Source: the human T2T-CHM13v2.0 reference genome, Homo sapiens
Assembly: GCF_009914755.1 (NCBI RefSeq)
Contig: NC_060939.1
Direction: 5' to 3' (one strand)
Length of the DNA stretch: 64,000 nucleotides
Every line of letters begins with the position of its first letter. The first letter of the stretch is position 1. A model generated the notes under the pieces. That model was not told the origin of the DNA and made no database searches. It was given only the letters and a program-made list of their open reading frames with translations. Of this stretch, positions 28,641-40,416 are shown one piece after another. The position numbers were made by a program, and so were the translations under genes.

Positions 28641-29419
28641 TGAAGAGATGGTTCTCTGGGAACGGGGCATTTTGGCAGGGAGTAGAGGATGGCCCTCAAG
28701 ACAGCAGCAAGCCTTAACTGCACTTACACTTCATTCCCTCCAGGTGGGGTCCTGGAGCTGGTACAGAGCTCGTCATTGACTTGGAATTCAGTGAGTCCAT
28801 TTGCCTTATTGGACACACAGTGAAACCAAGGCCCGGGGAAGAAAAGAGGCTCACCCAAAGTCAGGGCAAGGGAGGGGTGATGGGCCAAGAGCTCAGCCTC
28901 CAGCCCCTGCTTTTCCCTCTGGTGACTTTCTGTTCTCCTGGCCCCTGCTACCATCAAGCTGCCCTGGATTCTGTTGGGCTGAGTCACTTCCATCTTGCTT
29001 ATAAGGCTGCAAGTTCCCTGGCTCAAGGTCTTGGGGGCTAGAAGCCAGGGGCGTGGGCTGTGGCCCCTGCTTTGCTTCTGAAGCACCATGTGGTCCTGGC
29101 CTTTCCCCCATCCTCCCTCCCAGCACAGGAGGCTCCTTCCCACCTCCGGGCCTCAGTTCCCCATCTGACTCATGAGGCCCCAATGTCCTAGGGCCCCTGG
29201 GAAACACTGTGGAGGCACATGTGGCCATGATAAGCATAGGAGGAGCCAGGAGCCCAGCTCTGAGGGTCCCGCTAGCACCTCCTGAAGTTCCCCTGGGCTG
29301 TCCCAGCCTGTGACTGGGCCAACAGCCATTTTGCCCATGTGTGCTTCCCCTCTGAGGAGTCAGTCATTCCTTCTCAGGGCAAGATGGACAGCTTCCAGTC
29401 ACCCCACACCCTCTGGGTG

Positions 29420-29780
29420 TGAAGCTTGCCAAAATCTGTCCCCTAAGCAGGTTGTCCTCTCCCTCACCGCCATTCCAGTCCATGCCATGTGCTGATATCG
29501 CACCTCCGAGGTAATTCTCTTATCCCTCCTCTTATCTCTCTCTCCACCTTCGTCCCTACCTACTTGTCTCTGGCATGGACTGCTGCAGTAGCCTCCCACC
29601 TGGCATTCCTATATCCACTCTGGCCCCATCCAATCTGTTCTCCATTCTGCAGTCAGCATGGTCCTTTCAAAATGCCCATCTGGATCACTGTGTACCACCA
29701 CTCCCACCACTCCACCCTTCTGTTTGGAGGATTCCAGTGGTTTCTTGTTGTTCTTTAAAACATCTTACTGTGGCTCCAGG
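29420..29780 (+). mobile_element. L2 fragment
   Basis: tggactgctgcagtagcctccc...ccattctgcagtcagcatggtcctttcaaaatgc. Confidence 0.55.
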
Positions 29781-31059
29781 CTCTGCCTGGTGGGGCCCCA
29801 GCTGAGCTCCCCAGCCCCTTACCTTCTGGCCCTCTGGCCCTTGTACACACTATGCCTCCCCTGCCATAAGTACCAGCCCAGGGCTGTGCTTGGCTCTCGG
29901 AGGCAACTTGTTCCCTGCAATGCAGCTGACAGCCCGCCTTGTTGGGGCTATCCAGGTTTTACCTGCAAGCTGAGAAAGGCATTTTCATTCCAAAACCTGT
30001 AACAGAAGGTTAACATTGCCCCACCATGGTTTACTTGACTTCCTACTGAATGAATGAATGAATGTGAGAACTGCCACACACTTGGAGTTCATCTCTTTAG
30101 CTGAAACTTGCTTCTGTGTATGTGCCTACGTCTGCACATGTGGGCCTGGGGCTGGGCAAGCCCTGACCTCTGGCTGTCTTGGCCTGAATTCCAGCGGGAC
30201 ATTCTTGGGCAGCTCCATATCAATTACAAGCCATCAATAATGCATCCCTTCAGAGCAGCCAGGAAGCCATTAGCTGGCCTGCAGGCCTCGATGAGTGGCC
30301 TTGGAGAAAGTGGGCTGGGTGTGCCCATGGGAGGTTCAGATCAGCAGGGCAGGAGGGGCTCCCCCAGCAGAGCTTGGGAGGGTTGCCTTATGGGCCTTCA
30401 GTCGCCTCTGAGACCTTGCTGCCAGAGGGTTGGCTTGCACCCTGTCATCCTGCACATAAAGGCTGCCCTATAATGAGCTAGCCTCGCTTTCTCACTCTGT
30501 GAGCCCTCCAGCCACCTTTGAGTGTTTTAAGTGCTGGGTTGTTGAGGTTCAGTGTCTGAGCCCAGTGTGAGCCCAAAGTTAGGGCTGAGTCTGTGACCAG
30601 CATCGGGCTCAGTGTGTGATCAGGGTCAGGGCTCATTGCATAGCCAGCATGAGGCCTCAGTCTTTGTCTTAACTTTGGGACAGGGGTGCAGCTCAATTGG
30701 TGGTTGGATTTAGGGCCCAGTCTGAAGCCAGGGAGTTGAACAGGCTAACTGGTTTCCTGCATTGATTTGTTCATGTATTCAGCAACGTTTATTGAGTGCT
30801 TCTTGCATACCAGGCAACACAACAGATAAGACCCCTGTTGGTTCGCAGATGATATTCTCCTGGGGGTGGAGGGTGGCAGGGGTGTGCTGGAGCTCTCACT
30901 TGCTCACGAGAACCCATTGTGCACATTTCCCCCAGGGCGTCTTGTTGGTAGCTTGAAATCAGCCATGCTAGGAGTATGCCTTCCCCCCCCACCCCGCCCC
31001 ACTGGAACACCACTAGGGGCTGAACAAGAGGTAACTGATAATCCTTTAAAAATGGTGGT

Positions 31060-31694
31060 TTGTTTTCACGCTGCTAATAAAGACATACCCAAGACTGGGT
31101 AATTTATAAAGGAAAGAGGTTTAATTGAGTCACAGTTCTGCATAGCTGGGGAGGCCTCAGGAAACTCACAATCATGGCAGAAGGGGAAGCAAACACGTCC
31201 TTCTTCACATGGCAGCAGCAAGGAGAAGTGTCAAGCAAAAGGGGGAAAAGCCCCTTATAAAGCCATCAGATTGAGGCAGGCAGATCATGAGGTCAGGAGT
31301 TCGAGACCAGCCTGGCCAACACGGTGAAACCCTGTCTCTACTAAAAATACAAAAATTAGCTGGGCGTGGTGGCACATGCCTGTAGTCCCAGCTACTTGGG
31401 AGGCTGAGGCAGGAGAATCACTTGAACCCACGAGACAGAGGTTTCAGTGAGCCGAGATGATGCCATTTACTCCAGCCCGGGTGACAGAGCAAGACTCTGT
31501 CTGAAAAACAAACGAACAAACAAAAACTAAACCATCAGATCTTGTGAGAATTCACTCACTATCATGAGAAAGCATGGGAGTAACCACCCCCAAGATTCAA
31601 TCACCTCCCACTGGGTCCCTCCCACGACAAATGGGGATTATGGGAACTACAATTCGAGATGAGATTTGGGTGGGGACACAGCCAAACCATATCA
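31060..31694 (-). mobile_element. THE1 (MaLR) solo LTR interrupted by an Alu
   Basis: gctgctaataaagacatacccaagactgggtaattt...gagatttgggtggggacacagccaaaccatatca (reverse of the THE1 LTR start). Confidence 0.9.
31272..31528 (+). mobile_element. 5'-truncated AluS inside the THE1 LTR
   Basis: Starts at tgaggcaggcagatca; TSD-like ccatcagat on both sides. Confidence 0.9.
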
Positions 31695-31796
31695 AGCATG
31701 ATCACAAATATTTATCTGATTTCCTTCCCCAAACCCCAATGGAATGATAGTAAAGAACAAAATCATAAATGCATAAGAATTAAGAAACTATCTCTT

Positions 31797-32100
31797 GGAC
31801 AAGTACAGTGGCTCACACCTGTAATCCTAGCACTTTGGGAGGCTGAGGAAGGTGGAGGATTGCTTGAGTCCAGAAGTTTGAGACCAGTCTGGGCAACATG
31901 GCAAGACCCTACAAAATATATCTTGTCCCTACAAAATATAAGAATAAAAAAATTAGCCGGGCATGTGCCTGTCGTCCCAGTTACTCAGGAGGCTGAGGTG
32001 GGAGGATCACTTGAACCCATGAGTACAAGGCTGCAGTGAGCTATGATCATGCCACTGCACTTTAGTGTGGCAGACAGAGTAAAACCTTGTCTCAGAAAAG
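31797..32100 (+). mobile_element. AluJ
   Basis: Diverged dimeric Alu with ggattgcttgagtcc and aaggctgcagtgagctatgat. Confidence 0.88.
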
Positions 32101-32307
32101 AAAGAAAGAAAAAGACAGAGAAAGAGAAAGGAGAGAGGGAGGAAGGGAAGGAGGGAAGGAAGGAAGGGAGGAAGGGAGGAAGGAAGGGTAGGTCTCTGTC
32201 CATCGTGACAATCTTGTCTCAAAAAAAGAAAGAGGGAGCAGAGAAAGAAGGAGGGGAGGGAGGGAGGAAGGAAGGAAGGAAGGAAAGAAGGAGGGAAGGA
32301 AGGAAGG
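32094..32307 (+). repeat. Polypurine (GAAA/GGAA/GGGA)n simple repeats in two blocks
   Basis: Read directly; includes (GGAA)5 at 32266-32285. Confidence 0.9.
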
Positions 32308-32889
32308 CCTCTTTAAGTCTTGTCCATCAGGACAAAGAGGAAAGAGGTTTTAGTGAATTGCGGGGAAATGAAGACTAGACAAGAAAGTGGCAACTGATTG
32401 AACAGAGTGGGGCATGTGTCACTAAAGTGCTCACAGAGGAGGACAGTGAGGGAAATGGGGTACTTTTCCCCTCGGAACCCCTGAGAGTCTGGGAGGAAGG
32501 GGGTGTAGTGTGAAGCTGACACTGGGTGGGGGTGGCTAAAGGTCTGCATGCATAATATTTGAGATCCCAAGACACCCTCCCAAATCCTGCATGGCCAGGA
32601 GACTGAGCTCCCCCACCCTGCAAGAGTCAAGGGGTTTGTCCTTGGGAGAAAATGAACCAGGGGGCTCTGCATGTGGGCACTGGGTTAGGCAGGGACCTGG
32701 GGAAAGGTGGAGGGCTGAAAATGAGGATTAAATGAAAATCTTTCCCCCTAAAAGTGGGACCCTCTGCCCTATTCCCCTGCCCTACTCCCAGCACAGAGGC
32801 AACCAAAATTATAGCCTCAGGCAGGAAGCTGAAAACCTGCAGTCCCAGAGACCGAACCTATAGACACTGACATTGGGAGGCTGTCCAGT

Positions 32890-33040
32890 GCCAGGTTGCT
32901 GCCTGGCCACCCTGTTGTTGGTGAATGCTTTTAGTTGTATGTGTTTTACGTTCATAAAAGTAAAATCAACAAAATATTAAAATAAATACACAATAATATC
33001 AGAAGGTGATAAGTTCAATGCAGAGAATTCAGATAGGCTG
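32890..33040 (+). repeat. Copy A of a ~150-bp direct repeat
   Basis: gccaggttgctgcctggccaccct...cagataggctg; about 87% identical to 34047-34194 by manual alignment. Confidence 0.9.
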
Positions 33041-33714
33041 ATGCAACTGAGTGCCTGGGGGGCTGCCCTAGGTGGTGGGTCAGGGAAGGCCCCTCTGAGG
33101 GGGGCCACCGTGTGATCTGGGACAGAGGAAGCAGCTGAGAACGCGGCCCTGAGACCAGCGCATGCTTGGTATCTTTACAGAACCAGAAGAAGGATTGCGT
33201 CTTGGGGTCAGGTCACGGGAGAGAGGATGAGACAAGTTGGTCAGGTGGGCAGGGCCAGATGGTGCACGTGCTTTGTAAGCCAAAGCTAAGGAGCTCGGGC
33301 TGTCTCCCAGGTGGGGTGGCGAACCATCGAGGTTTATGGACAGGAGTGTCATGATCTGACCTGGGTGTGGGAGAGTCCCCCTGAGTCCTGTTGGAGTGAT
33401 GGCAGAGGGACACAGAAGCCACGGCTGTAGGGGCCAGAGCTGGCAGTGGAGGTGGAGGGAGGCGGGACAGCTGCTGGACTTGGGGGATGGATGGGATGTT
33501 GGGGTGGGGGAAAGGGAGGAAGCAAGGAAGGTGATTGCATTTTTGGCTCCAGCTAAAATGAGATAAAAACACTTGAGGAACAGGTTTGGAGAGACAGTGA
33601 GGAGTCCTGCTTTGACCAGATTGATTTTGCAACTCCTGTGAAAGTGATACTGTCGTGGAGGCATTGGCGATGAGAGTCTGACACCCCAGTTTGAGGGGTC
33701 AGGGCTGGCGAGGT

Positions 33715-33945
33715 GCATTTGCGCGGCATTGGTAAGTAGGTGACCTCTTAGGCAGGGCGCCCGGGCGTGGTATTTCTCTGTCCGCCCTCCCGACTCGCTC
33801 CGTTTAGAAGCGGTGCGAGGCGTGCGGGGAACACTAGGTGGCGGTGAAGGCTCTCCTTCCCGCGAGCCCGCGGCCGGGACCTGCAGTGTCAGACCTAAAC
33901 TCTTCGTTGGCCCAGATGTCCCATGAAGGCCTTGGCGCGTGAACA
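33715..33945. promoter_or_regulatory. Small intronic CpG-rich patch with a CTCF-like motif (CACTAGGTGGCG, 33832-33843)
   Basis: High CpG density relative to flanks; close match to the CTCF core CCASYAGRKGGCR; GC-box-like ccgccc. Confidence 0.55.
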
Positions 33946-34046
33946 GCCATCTCACCCACAAACCCAAGAGGTATCTGGAAGCCTTTCCAAGAAGCTTTCC
34001 CCAACAGAAAGTAAAACAAAATTAAAATGTGTGCAGCTTTTACAAG

Positions 34047-34194
34047 GCCAGGTTGCTGCCTGGCCACCCTATTGTTCATGAATGCTTTCAGCTGTGAGTG
34101 TGCTTTACCTTCGTAAAAGTAAAATCAACAAAACATTAAATACACAATAATATCAGAAGGTGATAAGTGCAATGCAGGAAATTCAAATAGGCTG
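34047..34194 (+). repeat. Copy B of a ~150-bp direct repeat
   Basis: See copy A at 32890-33040. Confidence 0.9.
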
Positions 34195-34769
34195 CCACGC
34201 CATCTGGGAGAAAGCCCTTAAGAGGAAGCAACCCAAGTCCTCAAAGAGGTGAAAACCCCATTTTACAGAAAAGGAAACTTAGGCTGGAGAGGTGACGGGA
34301 CTTGCTCAAGGCCACAGGGCCAGGAAGCCACACGGCTTGGACTGAATCGGTCTGGTCCTGGGTGCCTCCTCGTGGAGAAAACGAGCCAGTGTTCAGACCA
34401 GCGGGCAGTGACGCCAGGATGGGGTCCCCCAGGCTGGGACGGGGGCCCTGGGTGTCCTGAGGTTTCCTGTTCTGAAAGAGGCTTTCATGTTGTCGAGCAC
34501 CCCTTGGGGTCACACATCTGGGCGAAGAGCTAGAACTGAATTTGCACCCAGGGCTCCTGACTCCCCGTCCAGTGGCCTTTCCACAAAGGAAACACGTTGT
34601 GTTTCCTCTCCCGGGCATCCGTGAGATGGGGGCCAGACTGCAAGGCACCTGAGACGCAGGATCGCACAGGTTGGAAAAGGCTCCGCAACCCTAAGAAGCT
34701 CTTGCGAACCGCGATGCTGGGAGATTCCTAAGGAATCATCCAGCTGCGGGAGGCTCAGCCCAGTCCTCC

Positions 34770-35145
34770 CCACCCCGCCCCCATGCAGGAGCAAAGCGCC
34801 CAGAGGTCAGGCTGGAGGCCCCCGCCGGCCCCTCGCCGCTGATTCAGCCTTGCCCGTCTCCCTCCGCAGTTTGAGATCCGGCAGCTGCGCGCGCACCTGG
34901 CGCAGCAGGACCTGGACCTGGCTGCCGAGCGCGAAGCGGCGCTCCAGGCCCCGCACGTGCTCAGCCAGCCGCGCAGCCGCTTCAAAGTGTTGGAGGCCGG
35001 CACGTGGGACGAGGAGACGGCGGCCGAGAGCGTCGTGGAGGAGCTGCAGCCCTCGCAAGGTAAGCCCGGGTCTCCACCCGGCCCCAGAGTGTCACGGCCG
35101 GGGATCCCCCTCGCCTCCCTCTCGCGCCCCGGGACTGTGCGCAGA
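34770..35145. promoter_or_regulatory. Intragenic CpG island over the 34870-35059 exon
   Basis: Dense CpG and GC content extending into both flanking introns. Confidence 0.7.
34870..35059 (+). CDS. TMEM266: TMEM266 coding exon (FEIRQLRAHLAQQDLDLAAEREAALQ...EELQPSQ)
   Basis: Acceptor ccctccgcag|, donor AAG|gtaagc; 190 nt, phase 0 to 1; CpG-rich; heptad pattern. Confidence 0.95.
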
Positions 35146-36141
35146 GTGGATGGGGTTCCTTTCAGGTGTGTGCCCCTCCTTCACTCGTGATTGGGGGACA
35201 CGCTCAGATCAGTAGCCTCGGTACTGCCTGTCAGAGCCCAGGAGAGAGCATGTAGTCCAGCCACCGACCCAAACTAGAAATGACTCGTCCCCATTTCATG
35301 CCTGTGGCCACTGGCGTGCGTTGTGTGTGGTGTCTTCCCTGTCCTCGCGGTAGCCGGAGGAGGAGGTGTGACTTTTCTGTTGTATGGCTGAAGAAACCGA
35401 GACCCAGGAAAGCCGTCCAAAGGCGCATCGCTAATAAGTGGCAGAGCCAGGCTTCCAGACAGAGGTCTGGGGCTTCCTACTGGACTACCACCTACTGGGG
35501 CCCAAACAAGTCCAGGCCCGGGGCCACAGTAGCCCAGAGCTTGAGCCTTGCAGACGGTGAGAATTCACGAGACGGTGATGTTGGTGGAGATGGGAACACG
35601 AGCGATAGCCCAGGGTAGGGTCCTGTATGGAAGGGAGTTATTTCGAGATTCAAATCCCAACTCTTCTGTCAGCCAGTTATGTGATGGGACTCTCTTGGGG
35701 CCTTAGTTTTGCCAGCTGTCAAGTAGGAGCAGTACTGAGGCTTCCTCACAGGGCTGCTGCGAGGCTCAGAGGTTTCGGGAATTGCACGGGGCCACCCAAG
35801 CCAGGAAATGGTGGTACTGGGCTGGGAACTCGGGCTGTGGGACCCAAAACCCCAGCTTCATCCAGGAGCCACTCTGCCTTGGCATGCCGTGTCCCCTGCA
35901 GGGCAGTGAGGACGCAGCCGGGCAGGCTGAGCAGCTGGGGAGGCAAGAGGCCTGAGCTCCAGCCTCTGCCACTCCTCAGCTCCATGACTGGAGGCTTCAG
36001 TGTTCCCTTCTGTAAAATGGACTCTTAACTCCAGCTCTGTCTGCCTCACAGGACTTACGAGGAACCGATGGGTGTGAGAAAGCTCTGAGGGCTGTAAGGC
36101 ACTGCAACACTGCAAACAGCTTTTGGGAAACGAATGGTTGC

Positions 36142-36422
36142 TTTTTTTTTGGAGACAGGGTCTCACTCCTGGAGTGCAGTGGTATCATAATAGTTCACTG
36201 CCACCTCAGACTCCTGGGCTCAAGTGATCCTCCCACCTCAGCCTCCTGAGTAGCTGGGATCATAGGTGTACACCATCTCACCCAATTAATGTTTTTATTT
36301 TTGTAGAGGTGGGGTCTTGCTATGTTGCCCAGGCTGGTCTCAAAGTCTTGGCCTCAAGTGGATCCTCCTGCCTCAGCCATGGAAAGTGCTAGGTTTATAG
36401 GCATGAGCCACTGTGTCCAGCC
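36142..36422 (-). mobile_element. AluJ, antisense
   Basis: ggagacagggtctcact...ctcctgggctcaagtgatcctccc. Confidence 0.9.
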
Positions 36423-37395
36423 ACTCTTTTGAGAGATCTTCAGATCTTAGAAACATAGGATTTGGGGGCTAGAGGGGATTTCTGGGTCCAGCCCTTCAGC
36501 TGATGTGAGAATCCCCTCTATAACTCTCTGCCATGAGCCATGCAGCCTCAGCTCGCCCTCCTCTAAGTGCTTCATACCTCCCTGGGGAACCCACCCCACC
36601 TCCACATGGCTCTGCCTGTAAGAAGATTCTTCCTCAGACTGCACTGAGGCCTGGTCCCCTGCCCCTGCCTCCCCACCAGCTGTGGGTTTCACGCACAGGC
36701 AGTGCCATCCCAGCTGAGACTGTTTAGAGATTGTTTCTCCTCCAGGGACCATCACCTGCATTCCCACAGCCAATCTTCGGGGACGTGCTCTCCAAGTTCT
36801 TGATGTACTGCCTCCTCCCAGAGCTCTCCAGCGTTTTGGTCCCTCTCAGAGTAATATCCACAACTGAATGCAATTACTGGGGCGCTGCAAGCCCAGGGCA
36901 GAATGTTGAGGTGGCCACTACTGCTTTTTTTTTTCTGGACCCAGGTCCCCACGATGCAGCCAGTAGGCTCCTGAGTTTGTGGGGACCACTTGGCTGAGCT
37001 CATAGCTGACCCAGCCTCACGTGCTCCCCACACAGCTCAGCTGAGCCACGTGTCCCAGCAGCCCAGCCTTGGGCAACAGGCTTTTTGTAGCCTCGTGCAG
37101 AACTTCACAATCATCAGCGTCCAGCTGTAGCTTGTTTGATTCCTGCCTTTACTCCAGGGCTTGGTAGGTCCTGATTCACAACCCATCGCCAATTCCTGAT
37201 TAGTTGAAACAGCCCCCTTCTTCATCTTCATCGTTCAGCCTTTGTTATGTCTGGACCTTGCCCAGCTCCCTGCCCTCTGCAGTCTCCCCTCCCCCACCAT
37301 ACCGTGATTGTTCCAAAATCTTTCATGCCACTCCCCGACTTCCACCTTTCCTGGTTCCCTGTGTCCCTCAGGAGAAAGCCCACGCCCCTTAGGCT

Positions 37396-37832
37396 GGTGG
37401 ATTAGTTTGCTAGGACTACCATAACAAAATGCCACAGACTGGCTAGCACAAACTAGAGAAGTGTATTGTCTCACAGTGCTGGGGGCTGGAACCTGAGATC
37501 AAGGTTGGGCACGGTTGCTTCCCTCTGGGGGCTGGGAGTGAGAATCTGTCCCACGCCTCCCTCTGGCTCCTGGTGGCGGCTGGCAATCCTTGGCATCCAT
37601 GGCTTACAGTAGCATCACCCTGCTCTGCCTTCATCTGCACATGGCGTCCTCTCTATGCACATGTCTGGGTCTAGATTTCCCTTTTTTATAAGGGCCCCAG
37701 TCATATAAGGACCTCATCTTAACTAATGACATCTGCAACCGCTTTCTTTCCAAGTAAGACCACATTCTGAGGTACTAGGGGTTACGGCTTCAACATGTGA
37801 ATGAAGAGGGGGTACCCATTCAACCCTTAAGA
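37396..37832 (-). mobile_element. MLT1 (MLT1C-like) solo LTR
   Basis: attagtttgctaggactaccataacaaaatgccacagactgg...cacattctgaggtactaggggtta...ccattcaaccc. Confidence 0.85.
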
Positions 37833-40281
37833 GGGGGCAGGCACATAAGACCCCTGACGATCTTGCCCCGGGCTGCTTCCCCAGCCTTATCTCCTTCCAC
37901 CCCAGCTTGCCTTTCATTCTAGAGGAATGGAACAACCTTTAGTTCTGTAAATGTTCTGTACGGTTTCTGAGTCTCTGCATGCTGTTCATGGGATGGCCCA
38001 ACCTGCCTACCAGACTTCTCTTCATGCTTAGAACCCATCTTAGAGTAAGCTCCCAGATCTCCACACCGTTCCCTGGCAACCTTACACCGACTCCCAGGTC
38101 CGGATCCTGCCCCACTGCCAGGAGCGTTTATGTGTGTCTCCCCTCTAAACTTACTTCAGGGCCTGCCTCAGTCAGGTCTCCATAGAGTTTGTTGCATTGA
38201 ATGTAATCTTCAAGCCGGTAACTGATCAAAGAACAAAATAAGGCTGTCTGACATCACTTGTTCTGGTGTGGAGCCCTGCGTCTTCTCTGGGAGCTGAGGC
38301 CAGTCAGCAGTAGTCCACCCCAGAAACCCCACTCTTGGCTTTCAGCCTCTAGGCTTGTGCTTGTGGAATCCACCTTCTTATTCTTTTTGAAAGTTCTTCT
38401 GGAAGGTGGGAGCAATTTTTGCCCACTTCGCCTGGCTTCCTAAGGATGAAAGGAGCAGATTTACCATCTCAGCCCATTTCAGGATCTTCCTCTGTGACAG
38501 CCTCCTGGCTCTGCCCACAGCCCATCTTGAGGCTGCACCTCAACTCACCTGGGGCTTGGGCCTGCCCCGTGTTGTTCTTTCTGCAGGTCTAAGCACTCCC
38601 GGTACAGCTGCTCTCCGCAGCACCTCCTCTGTCTCTCTCATCAGGGTCATTGGCTTTAGAGCTAACAGCACAGCCCTTGTTGTCCCTCAGCCAATGACCT
38701 ATAAGACCCTGAACGCCAGATGCCACATTTGAGCCCACAGGGGAGCCAAGATCTGGGCTTGGAGGTTCCACAAAGAAACCAAGCCTTTAAAATACTCCTG
38801 CACATTCTAGGAGTGCTCTGAAGCTTTCAGTCCTGCCTGGCCCTCCTGCTCCTCCTCTCTCTGCAGCCCCCATAGTGGGCAACTTCCAGGAGGAGGAGGA
38901 GGGAGGCAGGGGCAGAAGGGAGAAAGCAGGTCAGAGTTGAAGGCCACTTGGGGGAAACTGATAGGCTATGTGTCACCAGCAGGATGTCACGGGGTCTGCA
39001 GTGTCCCTGCTAACCCTCCTGGAAACTAAGGTAGGGGATATCTGGATAGGGCAGGCCCAGGCCTCCCATAGAGGTGCCAGACACACACCCTGGGAGCAGG
39101 TGCAGATGCTTCTCCGTCCAGCCCTGGGATCCCCCTGCCCACTCTTCCCTGCTTCTTCTGGGGTGTCTCCTGGGTACCTCCTGGCTCTGTGGATACTGCC
39201 TGCCCCAGCCTAGGCACATTGTTTCACAGCCAGCCCCAGAGCATCAACAGCAAAGCCAGTGCCTCCAAGGCAAAGGGCAGAACACAGGGCTGGCGAGGAA
39301 CACACATGATTCACAGCCTCGCATGGTCCAGGGACACAGGGCATCCCCCAGCTGATCTCTCCTTGACCAGGAACTGTGTCCAGGGAGGGATTTTCATGAC
39401 ATTAGAAATTATGGCTGGACAAGCTGAGAGCACTGTAGGCTACTCTGGAGATGAAGTAAGGGCAGTGCTTGTTGCTAACTAACTGTGACCTTCAGGCCAG
39501 CGAGGCTCTGAGGCCCACCTCATGCACAGGACACAGACAATCCAGGGATTAACCTACAGACATGAGCTGTGAGTCACAGAGCCTCGGGAGGGCCGTGTGT
39601 TTTGCAGGGTGGGGGAGGGCAGCCCAGGAGGGCGGGGTGCCAGCCCCAGCCGTGAGGAGGAAGCAGCTCCACAATCTCAACAGTTGCCAGCAGGTCACAG
39701 TCAGACAACGCCAAGCAGCTTCTGTTTAGACTTGCTGTAGCACAAATCATTTTTAAAACCTAGGCTGCAGAGTTCCAGGCTTTGGGGCCTGCCAAGTTCA
39801 CAGTGCCCCTGTGTAGTCATTAATACTTCTCTCCCAAATTTATTAGTCTTGAAGCTCGCCCATAACTTATGAATTACAGCCCCTGGTGGGAGTGCCACGG
39901 ATTTCACCATATATCACAGGGAACCTTCGCGTCCCCCACGCTGCTGCAGCATCCAGAGACACTGCCGCAGGGGTGCATGCGGCCAGCCTGCTCTGTGCCA
40001 GCCTCTGCCAGGCAGCCCCAGGGGAGGGAGCTGAGCTGGCACCAGTGCTTGTCCTTGGAGAGGAGCGGGCCTGGCTGATCATGAAGGCAAGGCTTTCCAC
40101 TGGCCTCTAAATGTGTGGGCCTGACCGGGACACTGGGGACCCCAGGAACCCCAGGGCTGTAGGACTAGATCTGAAAGAGCCTCAGGCAAAGTAGCATTTG
40201 AAGCAACCGGAGGGACATGGGTTTAGAACTGAGGTCTGGGTTTGAATTTCAACTTGACTTTGAACAAGTTACTTCTGTGAT

Positions 40282-40416
40282 CAGGGCTGGCTTCATGGAT
40301 GCATGACCTGTGTGGTCACACAGGGCCCTAACTTTGGTTCACTGCTCTGCTGTTACCCTCTTGAAATTCTTAATACTTTTAAAACAAGGGACCTAGAAAT
40401 TATGTAGCTGGTCCTG
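40282..40416 (+). mobile_element. MER91-like hAT-Tip100 element inserted in a MIR (about 40200-40540)
   Basis: cagggctggcttcat...tcttgaaattcttaat...aattatgtagctggtcctg with imperfect TIRs; MIR sequence resumes on both sides. Confidence 0.75.

Noticed and set aside
33080-33967. 295-aa ORF on the - strand
   Set aside because: Crosses a decayed L2 and a GC-rich patch; Pro/Ser-rich composition typical of a chance ORF
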